A stretch of DNA of 64,000 bases from Eledone cirrhosa (GCA_964016885.1 OZ024742.1:6820001-6884000); one strand, 5' to 3'. Counted from the first letter of the stretch, positions 30,001 to 42,930 are shown. The notes: generated by a model not told the origin, from the letters alone. Program-made: numbers and translations.

Positions 30001-30250
30001 CATATGAGTGTGTGAATTGTATGTGATAGTGTGTGAGTGTGTGAGTGTATGTGATAGCTTGTGATAGCGTGTGAGTGTATGTGAGTGTGTGAGTGTATGT
30101 GATAGCGTGAGAGTGTGTGAGTGTATGTGATAGCGTGTGAGTGTGTGAGTGTATGTGATAGCGTGTGAGTGTGTGAGTGTGTGAGAGTATGTGATAGCGT
30201 GTGAGTGTGTGAGTGTATGTGATAGTATGTGTGAGTGTGTGTGTGTGTGA
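1..30250. repeat. Satellite/minisatellite array, 28-bp consensus GTGAGTGTGTGAGTGTATGTGATAGC(A/G)T, with 8-bp (GTGTGAGT) and 10-bp (GTGTGATAGC) subunit indels
   Basis: The unit repeats continuously from the window start to ~30250. The plus strand is GT-rich and nearly C-free. All three minus frames give the same HT-rich pseudo-peptides. Confidence 0.98.
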
Positions 30251-30590
30251 GTGTATAGTATATCTGTAAGGAAACTGGATAAATGGACAGAAATAATGAT
30301 ATTGCATTGTCGCTAAATCTATTTTGAGAGATATTGTAGTATGAGATACACACACACTCATATAAACACACACATACCCACCCAAGACACACACCCTACA
30401 CTTCAAACACACATACACACACACAGACACACACGTATATATGTATTTATATTTCTGTCTGTCTTTCACACATCTACAAATTAATAATTAATTTGCTTCA
30501 GGGCAGTTAAATTAGTGAGAGACGATCTACTAGATAAAACTAGTTAAACCTTTTTCCAACAGCATGTAAAGTCGGCTTCAATTCACATTC

Positions 30591-30763
<173 letters not shown>

Positions 30764-30877
30764 AGGTGAGTTTTATTGTAGTACAATAAAGCAATGCAGA
30801 TATCGGATAAGAAGCACTCAACAGTTTGTAGGACTGGAGTATACATAATATATAAGATCAAAAGATGGTTAAAAGAG

Positions 30878-30959
30878 TTCCATGTATTTTATTATGCGCA
30901 TTTCAAAAACAAATATCATCATGCAATAACATTTGTGTTTTCATCAGATAAAATAGGAA
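30878..30959 (-). ncRNA. Type I hammerhead ribozyme (mirror copy of 31076-31157)
   Basis: TCATCAG at 30941-30947 and TATGCGCATTTC at 30893-30904 on the plus strand. Confidence 0.85.
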
Positions 30960-31075
30960 GACATGATATGAAGGTTAAAAAACACTTGTGGATAGTGCAG
31001 TTTTAAATCAACATATGGATATGTTGATTTAAAACTGTACTATCCACAAGTGTTTTTTAACCTTCATATCATGTC

Positions 31076-31157
31076 TTCCTATTTTATCTGATGAAAACAC
31101 AAATGTTATTGCATGATGATATTTGTTTTTGAAATGCGCATAATAAAATACATGGAA
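31076..31157 (+). ncRNA. Type I minimal hammerhead ribozyme
   Basis: Stem I TATTTTAT(31080-87)/ATAAAATA(31143-50); CTGATGA 31088-94; long stem II with G-U pairs; GAAA 31131-34; palindromic stem III ATGCGCAT; predicted AUA^ cleavage after 31142. Confidence 0.88.
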
Positions 31158-31191
31158 CTCTTTTAACCATCATTTGATCTTATATATTATA

Positions 31192-31262
<71 letters not shown>

Positions 31263-31353
31263 TGTATATGTATATGTATATGTATGTATATGCACACACC
31301 ACACACACATACACACACACATATATATATATATATATTAATCTAACACATAC

Positions 31354-31423
<70 letters not shown>

Positions 31424-31601
31424 CATGCCAACACAAGAGCAATAATGAGGGGCTCATTCTACTGACATGGCTTTGATATTGAGGCTTGTTTGCATAATTG
31501 CAAACGAATCGAATATTATAATTCATATTTGAAACACACACACATATATATATATATAGGAAATACAAAGTAGTTTAGATGTTAAGGTCCTTTATTGATA
31601 T

Positions 31602-31681
31602 AGCCGTGATACATATTTCTATGACGAGAGTGGCCACGTGAGTCCACATAGTAGCCAGTGGCATGATCTCATCAGACAACT
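31602..31681 (-). ncRNA. Type I hammerhead ribozyme within a ~365-bp insert (31558-31922)
   Basis: Minus strand reads AGTTGT CTGATGA ...TGGCTAC..GTGGCCA... GAAA TATGTA TC ACGGCT. Stem I AGUUGU/ACGGCU pairs fully with G-U; AUC^ triplet; the proximal part of stem II is weak. Confidence 0.72.
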
Positions 31682-32000
31682 CCTTACATAATACAGTTAC
31701 AATCAGGAGGTAATCCAAAATTGAAGTGACAAAGGAACGAGCAAATACGATGCCTCTTCCCTTGCGAGCTTCAATTCACGCCAACATACTACCACTACAG
31801 TTGAAGTCAACAGTTTCAACAGAACTCATTCTTCCCAACACCACCACTGTTGGTAAAGCTAAGCTCAACACTAAGGGAGAAAGAAAGCAAACTACAGACA
31901 AAAATGTGAACTTTTCTCCCTAAATATGTATATAAAAAAAAAAATTCCTCATATTCTTATTATTCTTATTAATATGTAATTTAATTGCAATATACACTTC

Positions 32001-32040
32001 CGTCGTGTGAAGAAGCCTACAAGCTGAAACCGGTACAAAC
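32001..32040 (+). ncRNA. Degenerate hammerhead motif in a short insert ending at ~32190 in (TA)n
   Basis: GTGAAGA AGC ctacaa GCT GAAA CCGG TA: C3 of the core is altered, palindromic ACCGGT is retained. Confidence 0.55.
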
Positions 32041-32186
32041 AATGCGCAAATTCCTATTTTTAAATAAATGTTTTGATGTTCTAAGAGAAAATCCTTTTAG
32101 CATTTTCTACTGTTTTTTTTTTCTTTTTTACTATTTCTTATATATATCAACTCGTGTGTCACTTCTCTACATTCTCTCTCTCTTTC

Positions 32187-32225
<39 letters not shown>

Positions 32226-33020
32226 AAATGTGTGTAATCCTTGGTACCGTTAGGTATATTATGACAGGGGGAAGAAAAAAATGGCTTCACTTGTGCTTTC
32301 AACAAATTTATTTTCTTCACAAAATCCAAAAAGAATTTTTTTCGGATTATAAAAAATTTTTTCTTAAAAAAAATTTATAAATTAAGTCGTTGGTTGTTGG
32401 TTAGGTCTTAGGAGTTCTTGGTTAACGTAGGAGGTATTGTTTCGTTTTTAGAAAGACCTTTCACGCTGAGGTGCGCTTGTCAAACTGATGTGTATGTGGT
32501 GTGTTGTTCCATATATAGGGATTTAACATGTTTGTGGTGTGGTGGGGGGGGGGTTTTCTCCCCCTTTAATAAGTGTAGGTGTGTAGGTGTGTTGAAAAAA
32601 TGTTAATAGCAGTAATGAGTTGAGACAGTGAGTAGGGTTGGGTGGGGAGAAATGTAGCAAGTGCGGCCTGCCCCGGTTATTCTCGAAAAATTCCTTTATT
32701 CAGGGGAAAAAGCTTTTAGTCTTCCTTTGTATCGGGAATGGTCATAGGCAAACCGCACCTGCCAAGCTTGTAAACAATTATTTTTTCTGAAGAATGTTTC
32801 TACGTCCATCCCAAAATTAGTCCTTTGTTCAACACACACATATGTGCGTATATTCGTACATACACACACGGGCATATGTAGGAATATATAGGCACACACC
32901 ATCAATCACACACCCATGTACATATACATCCACATACATACATAAGAACATATAGACACATATAAAAACACATATACACATACGTACACACACGAATATG
33001 TACTCATACCTCCACATGGG

Positions 33021-33052
<32 letters not shown>

Positions 33053-33390
33053 CATATACATACATATACACACATAAAGATACATAACTAAATATACATA
33101 TATACACATACACACACACACACGTGTACACACACACATATACATATGTCCGTATATATACATCCGTTCACACATACATGCATACACACACACATGCATA
33201 TATATATACATATATATATATATACACACATAAACACATACAGACACATGCACGCATATAGATATATATACACATATATATCTATATCTATATATATATA
33301 CACACATATATATATATACACATACACATACACATACAAACACATACATACACACATACATATATACACATACACATACATACATATACA

Positions 33391-33470
<80 letters not shown>

Positions 33471-33536
33471 CATATCCATACACATATATATGTATATATA
33501 TATGTAAACACAAACACATAAAGACACATATATATA

Positions 33537-33939
33537 CTGTATGGGTCTGAGACTTGGACACTGACCAAGAGACTCACTCAGATGGTGGATGGGTGCTACA
33601 CGAGAATGCTGAGGATGGCTCTGAACATTAATCAGTATACACTGAGGATGGAAATCTCAGAGCTGTATGGGAGCATCCCAAAAGTCAGCTCAAAAGTAAC
33701 ACAGAGGAGACTGAGGTTGGCTGGACATGCTCACCGACATACAGAGTTGACATTGCACTCAGTGCTCCTTTGGGAGCCCCTACATGGACTCACTAGAAGA
33801 GGAAGACCAAGGTTAACATATGTTGATGCCCTAAGGACAGACACTGGTCTGTTGGAGATGCAGGATATGGCAGCGATAATGAGGGACAGAGACCGCTGGA
33901 GAGAACTCGTCCATGGATCTCGGGAATTTTACCCGCCTT

Positions 33940-33941
<2 letters not shown>
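33537..33941 (+). mobile_element. RTE-clade LINE, 5'-truncated 3' end
   Basis: [11 protein letters not shown]...RMLR...RRLRLAGH...LLWEP.HG..RGRPRLTYVD.L..DTG...M.DRDRW, followed by (TA)n. Confidence 0.9.
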
Positions 33942-33994
<53 letters not shown>

Positions 33995-34001
<7 letters not shown>

Positions 34002-34400
34002 CGTAAAATATGAAAATTATAAGATTAACTTACTTACTAAAAAATCAATTCCAACTAATTAGTTTCTGGAATGGAGTAAATATATTTTCCCAAGAAACAT
34101 ATAGAAAATCATTCCGTCATCAGGAAAGTCTTTTTCCGTATAGGTCTCCAGGCATAGCGAGGACACTGGAAACTTATTAAAAAAATAATTCAGTGGAATG
34201 GAAATAGCGATGCGTGGACTGGATTCCAAGCCATTGAGAAAATCACTGCCTCTACGTCCGTGGCAAATTCAAAAAGAATCAATCACGTGACATCGAGGTC
34301 AATCAGTGGAAAGCGAGTGGTTATTAAGACAGCGGCTAGCTTACTACCATAGTAGCAGTCATGGCCAAATATTGCTCGACAAATGAATTGGAGATAATTA
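33995..34400 (-). mobile_element. Inverted copy of the hammerhead-containing unit 34657-35063
   Basis: ~405-bp reverse complement in which I found no mismatch by eye. Confidence 0.9.
34040..34136 (-). ncRNA. Type I hammerhead ribozyme (mirror copy of 34922-35018)
   Basis: TCATCAG at 34117-34123 and AACTAATTAGTTTC at 34053-34066 on the plus strand. Confidence 0.8.
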
Positions 34401-34487
34401 TATATATATGTATATGTATGTATGTGTATGTGTATATATGTGTATATATATATATGTATATGTATGTATGTGTATGTGTATATATAT

Positions 34488-35178
34488 ATTTTTTAGTAAG
34501 TGAGTTAATTTTATAATTTTCTTATTTTACGTCTCTCATATTATTGTTCTGCAACCCCATGCATTGAACCACATTGTTAATAAGACAAAACCTATATATT
34601 TGCTAGCATTGATATGCATCTGTGTGTATATAAATGTTACTAGATATAAATTCATTATAATTATCTCCAATTCATTTGTCGAGCAATATTTGGCCATGAC
34701 TGCTACTATGGTAGTAAGCTAGCCGCTGTCTTAATAACCACTCGCTTTCCACTGATTGACCTCGATGTCACGTGATTGATTCTTTTTGAATTTGCCACGG
34801 ACGTAGAGGCAGTGATTTTCTCAATGGCTTGGAATCCAGTCCACGCATCGCTATTTCCATTCCACTGAATTATTTTTTTAATAAGTTTCCAGTGTCCTCG
34901 CTATGCCTGGAGACCTATACGGAAAAAGACTTTCCTGATGACGGAATGATTTTCTATATGTTTCTTGGGAAAATATATTTACTCCATTCCAGAAACTAAT
35001 TAGTTGGAATTGATTTTTTAGTAAGTAAGTTAATCTTATAATTTTCATATTTTACGTCTCTCATATTATTGTTCTGCAACCCCATGCATTGAACCACATT
35101 GTTAATAAGACAAAACCTATATATTTGCTAGCATTGATATGCATCTGTGTGTATATAAATGTTACTAGATATAAATTC

Positions 35179-35184
<6 letters not shown>
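34488..35184 (+). mobile_element. B-A-B hammerhead element (retrozyme-like or PLE pseudo-LTR partial tandem), period 525 bp
   Basis: 34488-34659 is directly repeated at 35013-35184 (about 3 differences), with the hammerhead just before the second copy. Confidence 0.8.
34922..35018 (+). ncRNA. Type I hammerhead ribozyme
   Basis: TTTC CTGATGA(34935-41) c GGAATG...CATTCC a GAAA(34992-95) CTAATTAG TT^GGAA; palindromic stem III; GUU^ after 35005. Confidence 0.82.
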
Positions 35185-35250
<66 letters not shown>

Positions 35251-35467
35251 TACATACATACATATACACATACAGAAACATACATATACGTACACACATA
35301 TATACATATATGCACATACATACACACACACACATATAGATACATACATATACATACACACACATATAAACATATATCTATATATATATACATATATATA
35401 TACATATACATATATACAAATATACACATACATACATATACATATACATATATATACACATACACAC

Positions 35468-35512
<45 letters not shown>

Positions 35513-35696
35513 TACATACATACACACATCCATACATATATATGCACACACACACACATACACACACCCACATATATATATACCCACACGTACATACATC
35601 CATACATACCTACACACATATGTGTGTGTCTCACTGTTCACTCAGATATTCATGTGTACACATAAGAAGAGTGAAATGGAATTTTACCTCCGAGTG

Positions 35697-38600
35697 TTAA
35701 TTCATTTTTTCGTGTTCATTAGTGGTTTAAATTTTTCAATGAAGAATTCTTCTTTATATCTGCGGAAATGTTCGTTATCCGACCATATCTTGAAGAAAGG
35801 GAAGATTGTGAATTTCCCTTCCCGCATGATGCAAAGTGTGCGCTACATGTGGTATTTCTGACTGTGGGGTCTTTAATTTGTTGTTTATGTACACGGACTC
35901 TATCATGTAGTCCCGTTCCGGTTTCCCCAATGTAATACTCTTTACACTGTGGACATGTTGCGCAATATATTAAGTTTTTCGTTTTGCAGTTCATGTTTGC
36001 ATTGACCTTGAAATTATCATGGTTTTTGAAGGACAACTGTTTGCCCTCTTCGATGAGTTCACAGGTTCCACATCTAGGGTCCCCGCATTTCGTCACTTGC
36101 ATTGATTCCATGTTGGTCGTAAGTTTTGCCTTGGTAATTAGTTTTTTAAGGTTGGGTGCTTGGCGTCTGCTATAAATTATCTGTGTGTTTTTTAAGAGTG
36201 CATTCATTTTGGTAGATTGCTGTAGAATCGGGAGATACTGCTTAGCAGTTTTCACAATGTTGATGTTCCCTGGGTTGTGAGTGATGACAAAAGAGATAGC
36301 AGGGTTTTCTTTTTTATGTTGTGGGTTTGGTTTTCTCAGTGTTGTTATTGGGATGTTCTTAGCCTTAGAGATGGCTGCGTTGATGAGTTTCATCGGGTAT
36401 TCTTGTTTTTTAAGGAATTTTTTCAGGTCACATAATCTTTTTTCTTGTAGTACGGGGTGTGTTGCTATAGTGCAGATGCGCCTTGCCATGTTGAAGGGAA
36501 TGTTCCTTTTCGTATGGGAGGGGTGTGCTGACCGGAAATTTAAGTATTGGTGTGTGTCAGTGGGTTTGCAAAATAGGTCCGTTATGATATTTTCCCCTTC
36601 TTTAATGATGAGGATATCTAGAAAGGGCAGTTCCTTTTCGTTACATTCCATAGTGAATTGTATAGCTTCATGAAGCCTGTTTAAGATCGAATAACATTTT
36701 TGTAGGTCTGTTTGGCTTCTGTTCCAGAAGATGAAGCAGTCATCTAGGTAACGTTTCCAGTTTTTATTAATGTAGAAGGCGAAGTCGTGACTGAATATTA
36801 TCTGTAGTTGGGAATATAATTTTGCCTCTAAGTGACCCATAACGAGCGTTGCATATGTAGGGGCCACTTTGGTACCCATGGCTGTTCCTTTTATTTGTAG
36901 ATAAAGTTCGTTGTCAAAGAGGAAGTGGTTGTTTTCCAATACTAATTTAAGTCCTTCCAAGATGAATTCTTTGGGGAATCTTTCTGAAATGTGACTTGAG
37001 TGTTTTGTAATCCAGAAGTCCACAGCTTCAATCCCTAGGTCGTGTGGGATGTTAGTGTACAGGCTTATTACATCAAAACTGACTAGGATTGTATCCTGGT
37101 GTACTTTTTGGGGGATATAGTTAAGGAATTCCATATCATCTCTGATGTAGCTTGGAACTTTTTTACATAGGGGTTTGAGTATGATGTCTAATAGGTTGCT
37201 TAGAAGTTGTGTGCTTGAGGTTGGGCCAGCAATAATGGGGCGTTATTTTAAGTCTGTCGGTTTTGGTGCTTCGATGTATGATGTAATTTTCCCTTTTATG
37301 TTGTTTTGGATTTCTATGGATTTGTGAATTTTTGGTAATCCATAGAAATTGCTGGCTTTCATTTCGAAGTTGGTTAGGTAATCTACTTCTTTTGGTGTTA
37401 GGTTGTTTTGGTACTTTGTTGTTAGTTTGCCTATTTGGTTCCTCGATTTCCTTTCTTCGTTTTTAGTGATTTTCCTGTAGAAGTTTTCGTCATTCAATTG
37501 TGCTAGAACCATATCTTTGTCGTGGTTTATGTCCATGATGACGATTGCTCCACCTTTGTTTGCTTCTTTTATTATTATTGAGGAATCCCTTTGTAGTTTG
37601 TTCAATGCTAGTAGTTGGTCTGTAGGGATGTTGCGTTTGTGTTTCGTCTCGGCCGTATTTGTACGTGCTGATCGGCGAAGGCAGGTTATGTACTCCTCCA
37701 GGTATTTATCTCTATTTAGCGGGGGTGTGAAGTTCTTTTTGTTTTTCACCAGTGATTCTTCCTCGTATTGTACACCCTGGAAGAATTCTCCTAAGCGTAA
37801 TTTTCGACAGTATTCTTCTGTGTCTTTTATAACATTGACTGTATCTGCTTTCGGAGTGGGAGTGAACGTCAGTCCATTTTCTAACAGTTGTATTTCTGGT
37901 TGTGTTAATTTCTTGGCTGATATATTGATTATTTTTGGTTCGATTGGTTCTTTCTCGTCAGGTGCCACTTGAAAGGTGGTGCTTTTTTCTTTTTTTCTTT
38001 CATTTGGTGCGAGGCCCCTAGTCCTAAAAAAATGGGTGCCATTTGGGATAGGGGTATTTCTGTTGTGGTGAAACCTTTTGCCCGCCGGAACTTCATGCCG
38101 GTAACTGGTTGGGCGATAGACTCTTGCGTGGTCGTTGCTGTATGGGGTCTGGTTCTTCTGTTGTTTCGTTCAGTATTCATGTGTCTTTGATTTTGTCTCC
38201 GGTAATTGTTCTTGGTGTTATGGCAGTGGTTGTATCTGGTTCTGGTGTTGAGTATTGGGTCTGTATGTAGTTGTGTGTTTGGGGTTACCCAATATCTGGT
38301 TGTTGTTGGTTTATTGTGTGTGGGTGCTTCATTTCTTGTGTTGTTGTATTTTCCTGAGTTCTGGGGTTTCATATGGGTTTGTTTTCTGGGTTTTATTTGG
38401 TCTTTCCCATAGTTATCTTCATATTCTTGAAGCGATTGAGTTCTTGACTCCAAGATTTTCTTTGATTTTAACTCCTCTCTAGTTGTATCTGCCTGCCATA
38501 GGTTAAGGAGTTTTTCACGTACATTGCCGCTGCTTCTTTTGTTTATTTCCTCTTGGATGGTGGTGTCGGATTTTTCAAATTTCTCTTTGAATTTTGGCAC

Positions 38601-38790
38601 TCTTAGGCGGAGTAGGGTGATTTCGGTCTCAAGTGTTTGGAGTGCTAGATTTAGTCTTGTTGCAGTTTCTTCCTTTGATTCCGATGGTATTTCTTTAATT
38701 CGGAATTTTCTCGGGAGGATAACTGGTTCCTTGCTATGCCATATTTCGTATGTGTCTGCTAGGTTTTCACTCTTCAAGGCTTTCCAGAAA
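35697..38790 (-). pseudogene. PLE polyprotein (N-terminal region, reverse transcriptase, Cys linker, GIY-YIG endonuclease), broken by stops and frameshifts
   Basis: FYGLPKIHK, SFDVISLYTNIP, QIKGTAMGTKVAP, RYLDD, FLD, CGDPRCGTC, NLIYCATCPQCKEYYIGETG...RVRVH; the C-terminus FIEKFKPLMN is in a shifted frame. Confidence 0.95.
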
Positions 38791-39083
38791 AAAAAAACCC
38801 CACCACACCACAAACATGTTAAATCCCTATATATAGAACAACACACCACATACACATCAGTTTGACAAGCGCACCTCAGCGTGAAAGGTCTTTCTAAAAA
38901 CGAAACAATACCTCCTACGTTAACCAAGAACTCCTAAGACCTAACCAACAACCAACGACTTAATTTATAAAATTTTTTTAAGAAAAAGTTTTTTCTAATC
39001 CGAAAAGAATTCTCTTTGGATTTTGTGAAGAAATTAAATTTGTTGAAAGCACAAGTGAAGCCATTTTTTTCTTCCCCCCTGTC

Positions 39084-39116
<33 letters not shown>

Positions 39117-39123
<7 letters not shown>

Positions 39124-39393
39124 TAACAGATTAAAGTTTAAGCAAAGAATCGGTGCTTTCACCATTCACGGGATCTTCTGAAACTAAAAAAAATCAATCT
39201 GTGTATATATATATATATATAGTAGTAGTAATAATAGTATAATATTAAATGTGAAGACTAATAATATCGAGTTTCAGAAGATCCCGATGATGATGATATA
39301 TATATATATATATCATCATCATCATCATCGGGATTTTCTGAAACTCGATATTATTAGTCTTCATATTTAATATTATACTATTATTACTACTAC

Positions 39394-39397
<4 letters not shown>
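39117..39397. mobile_element. Rearranged copy of short family F3 (other copies at 43745-43840, 58621-58745, 60468-60621), including a palindrome at 39221-39397
   Basis: Shared GAAAGCANCGATTCTTTGCTTAAACTTTAATCTG and TTAGTCTTCACATTTA..TTAC(TA)n blocks. Confidence 0.75.
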
Positions 39398-39478
<81 letters not shown>

Positions 39479-39482
39479 CCTT

Positions 39483-40933
39483 AATTTCCTTGATGTTACT
39501 TTAGATCTCTCTACGAATACTTATCAACCTTACCACAAACCTAACCAGAATCTACATTATGTACATTCACGATCTAACCACCCAGGCTCTATACTCAAGA
39601 ACTTATTATATAACATTTCACTTAGACTTTCTAAATTATCTTCCAATGAAGATATATTTTATAATAATGCACCCTTCTACAACGAGGCCTTAACGAGAAG
39701 TGGATATAAAGAAAAAATCTCATATATTCCCAACACTACTATGGACCAAAACATAAAACCTAACAAAAACTACAAACACCAAAAAATACCATTGAAACAA
39801 ATACCTAAAGTGGTTATTCCTATTACACCAAACAACCGAAAAAGCACAACTATTACTACACGATCTATCAACCCACATATGAATACCAAGCCCTCAAAAT
39901 CTCATAATCGACCCAAAAATAACACCAAATACAACTACGATAATTTACTAAATTCCACAAATACAGATACTAACCATAGGAATTCTTCTAGAACACAACA
40001 CATAATATAAGGGATAATAAAAACTTAACTAAAAACCGCTAAAGAAACATAACATGGTACAACGCACCCTTCAACCTGCAAACTATTGGACAAATCCCCC
40101 CCAAATTCTTTGAAATACTACATAAACATTTTCCACCAAACCACAGATACCACCAAATATTTAACAAATATACTGTTAAATTCTCATACTCTACATCAAA
40201 AAATCTCAAACGAAAAATAAGCAACTACAACATTTATAAACTTAAAAATAATATGACTACACCACCACAACATAATTTAAATAGGACTGCAGCTTTTAAA
40301 AAGACAAATAATACAATCCTTCAACCTAGAAAACACAACCACCCAAATCACCAACACAAAAACAACAGACACAAAATTACAATACAACTCTAGCACCAAA
40401 CCACCCACAAAGCAACCTTCATTCTCCTGCTATCATTAATTACAATAGAAATAGCTCAAGGATAAATGAGAATAGTATAGGAACCCTCAATAACCATCTT
40501 ACGTATGGTTGTAATTGCAGAAATAGAAGCATTTGCCCCTTAAATGGAAACTGTTTGATTAATAATATAATATATAAATGCACTGTCTACTACAGACTCC
40601 AGCAAAACATATATAGGATCTACATCAAACACATTTAAGAAAATATTTTACGCACACTCTAGTAGTTTCAACAATACTAAACTAGCAAACACCACATCTT
40701 TAGCTGAAGCGGTAAATAATTATAAAAAGAAAAAAATAGATTTTAAGTTATCGTGGAACACCATTCTACAAACAACTCCATATCTTGGGAACAGGAGGGA
40801 ATGCAGATTATGTTCAGGAGAGATCTTGGAAATTACTAAATCTAAGGACGATTTATTAAATAACAGACAGGAATTGATCATAGTCTGTAATCACCGTATA
40901 CGAAAAACATTTAAATACTATAAACCTAATTAA
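39483..40933 (+). pseudogene. Second Penelope-like element, 5'-truncated (RT thumb + GIY-YIG), Nematis/Naiad-like motifs
   Basis: Hand translation: NFLDVTLDL..YQPYHKPN..YVHSRSNHP; RNITWYNAPF...KHFPPNHRYHQIFNKYTVKFSYS; CNCRNRSICPLNGNC..NIIYKCTV..YIGSTSNTFK..H; CRLC..E..LLNNRQE..CNH. Contains stops and frameshifts. Confidence 0.9.
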
Positions 40934-41167
40934 ATATTCTAAATGGCAACTCATTATAATTCTGTATAGAATAACAATTATTAGTACCTCTTTCCCCTAA
41001 TTATATGCATTTATGCTTATTTTTGCCTTCTAATGTTTTAGCTTCCTTAGGTTTATGAGTTAATGACTAAAGACTAAAGGCAACAAGATACACAACCACC
41101 CGTAATTGCATGAGTAAAAATATACATCTATGTATGATATGGAAATATATTTATGTGTGTATATTTG

Positions 41168-41220
<53 letters not shown>

Positions 41221-41225
<5 letters not shown>

Positions 41226-41626
41226 TAAAGAGAAAAGAAAATGGTGACAAATTGTTCACAGTGAAAAATAGTTTAATTAGGAATAAGTGAAAATTAGTAA
41301 TAGTATTGGTTAGTATTCAGTTTTGGTTTTAAGTTTTAACGGTTGCGCATTTCTAATGCTTTTCAAAAATAATTTTGAGATAGAGCGCCCGTGATGTTTG
41401 CTCTAATCTTAGCAAACATCACGGGCGCTCTATCTCAAAATTATTTTTGAAAAGCATTAGAAATGCGCAACCGTTAAAACTTAAAACCAAAACTGAATAC
41501 TAACCAATACTATTACTAATTTTCACTTATTCCTAATTAAACTATTTTTCACTGTGAACAATTTGTCAGCATAATCTTTTCCGTTTACCAATATATCATA
41601 ACTCGTGTGTTACACCTCTATTCTTT

Positions 41627-41630
<4 letters not shown>
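41221..41630 (+). mobile_element. Fold-back insert: ~182-bp inverted arms (41221-41402 / 41411-41592) plus ~38-nt tail, in (TA)n
   Basis: Reverse-complement arms; contains a GAAATGCGCA remnant; tail ACTCGTGTGT resembles 32150-32160. Confidence 0.85.
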
Positions 41631-41685
<55 letters not shown>

Positions 41686-41752
41686 ATATGTTTATGTATG
41701 TGTATATGTGTATATATGTATATGCTTGTGTATGTATGTGTGTATGTGTATG

Positions 41753-41804
<52 letters not shown>

Positions 41805-41852
41805 TGTGTATATATATGTATATATATATATATAGATGTGTATATATATATG

Positions 41853-41883
<31 letters not shown>

Positions 41884-41901
41884 GTTGTATATGTATATGT
41901 A

Positions 41902-41970
<69 letters not shown>

Positions 41971-42055
41971 GTGTCTATATGTGTATGTATATATGTATGT
42001 ATGTATGTATGTGTGTATATGTATGTATATGTATATATGTATGTATGAGTGTGTG

Positions 42056-42118
<63 letters not shown>

Positions 42119-42876
42119 ATATGTATATGTATATATGGGGGTAGATGTGTATGTGTTGATATAGATATGTATGGATATGTATATATATGATTATATGCAT
42201 GCGTGTTGATATGTATTTAGGTTTGCATCTATTTGCACGTATGTATATTTTGGTTAGATATTCTCTATATATAGTGTGGATATATGCACTTTGTAGACTA
42301 TGAAATTTAACTGTTTTAACTATGCCAACTTGTACTTATCTGAGTTTGATTGTTTATGCATAAACATACTTAGTAATATTTTAGACCGTATAATATGTTA
42401 TATTATACTAAGTGCAATTTACCACACCGTACTATATGCTTTTGGTTAATTTGTATATTATCGCATTACCATATCTCATTATCTTATACTTTTCATCTTT
42501 TAATATACTATCTTTCCTAGCCATAACATTAATTTATATTCACCTTAACTCAATACAACACTAATCACCATTTATTTTGACATTCCTTTTAAATTCACTA
42601 TACAAGATACATTCAACTATCAGTTTGACAATCCCCTTCCTTCCTAATAGATTTTTAAAGTCTATTACTTTTCATCTTAACCCCATATGAAAAAAAATCA
42701 ATTTGATTCGTTAGTTCTTCAACTACCTCGAAATAAGGACATGATACTAACATGGTACTAATTTTGAGTAAAATTATTATTGAATAAAATTATTATTGCT
42801 TTTGAAAACAGGTGGTGATATGCATGTAAGTAAATATTCTCTCTATCTGATAGTTTGTAAACTTACATTGATCAAT

Positions 42877-42930
42877 AACTGAGTATAGATACAATGTATT
42901 ATAACCATCTAGAAACGATCGTACAGCAGT
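42877..42930 (+). ncRNA. Degenerate hammerhead motif
   Basis: CTGAGTA TAGAT...ATCTA GAAA CGATCG TA: palindromic stem III and GUA intact, G8 altered; (TA)n ~50 nt downstream. Confidence 0.55.

Larger units (their letters stand above)
32221..39088 (-). mobile_element. Penelope-like retroelement (Neptune-like), decayed; proposed full extent including the 3' pseudo-LTR (32221-32830) and an inverted partial pseudo-LTR at the 5' end (38788-39088)
   Basis: RT+GIY-YIG remnants at 35697-38790. 38788-39088 is the reverse complement of 32255-32555 and lacks the 34-nt tail 32221-32254. Microsatellite of the same CA polarity lies on both sides of the nested inserts. The extent is inferred. Confidence 0.65.

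Noticed and set aside
1-30250. CRISPR array
   Set aside because: No unique spacers, no cas genes, animal context
55-30469. Very long His/Thr-rich ORFs, up to 2984 aa
   Set aside because: The 28-bp unit has no minus-strand stop codon and is not a multiple of 3, so all frames read alike; satellite artefact
30511-30550. Hammerhead-like GTGAGAGA..ATCT ac TAGAT AAAA CTAG TT
   Set aside because: Both halves of the core are altered; too weak to call
37929-38927. ORF start MVNVGG... as the PLE N-terminus
   Set aside because: The first ~47 codons come from the inverted pseudo-LTR copy; chance in-frame fusion
41050-41095. SECIS-like ATGA..AA..GA after the second PLE
   Set aside because: No convincing stem and no in-frame TGA at a Cys position
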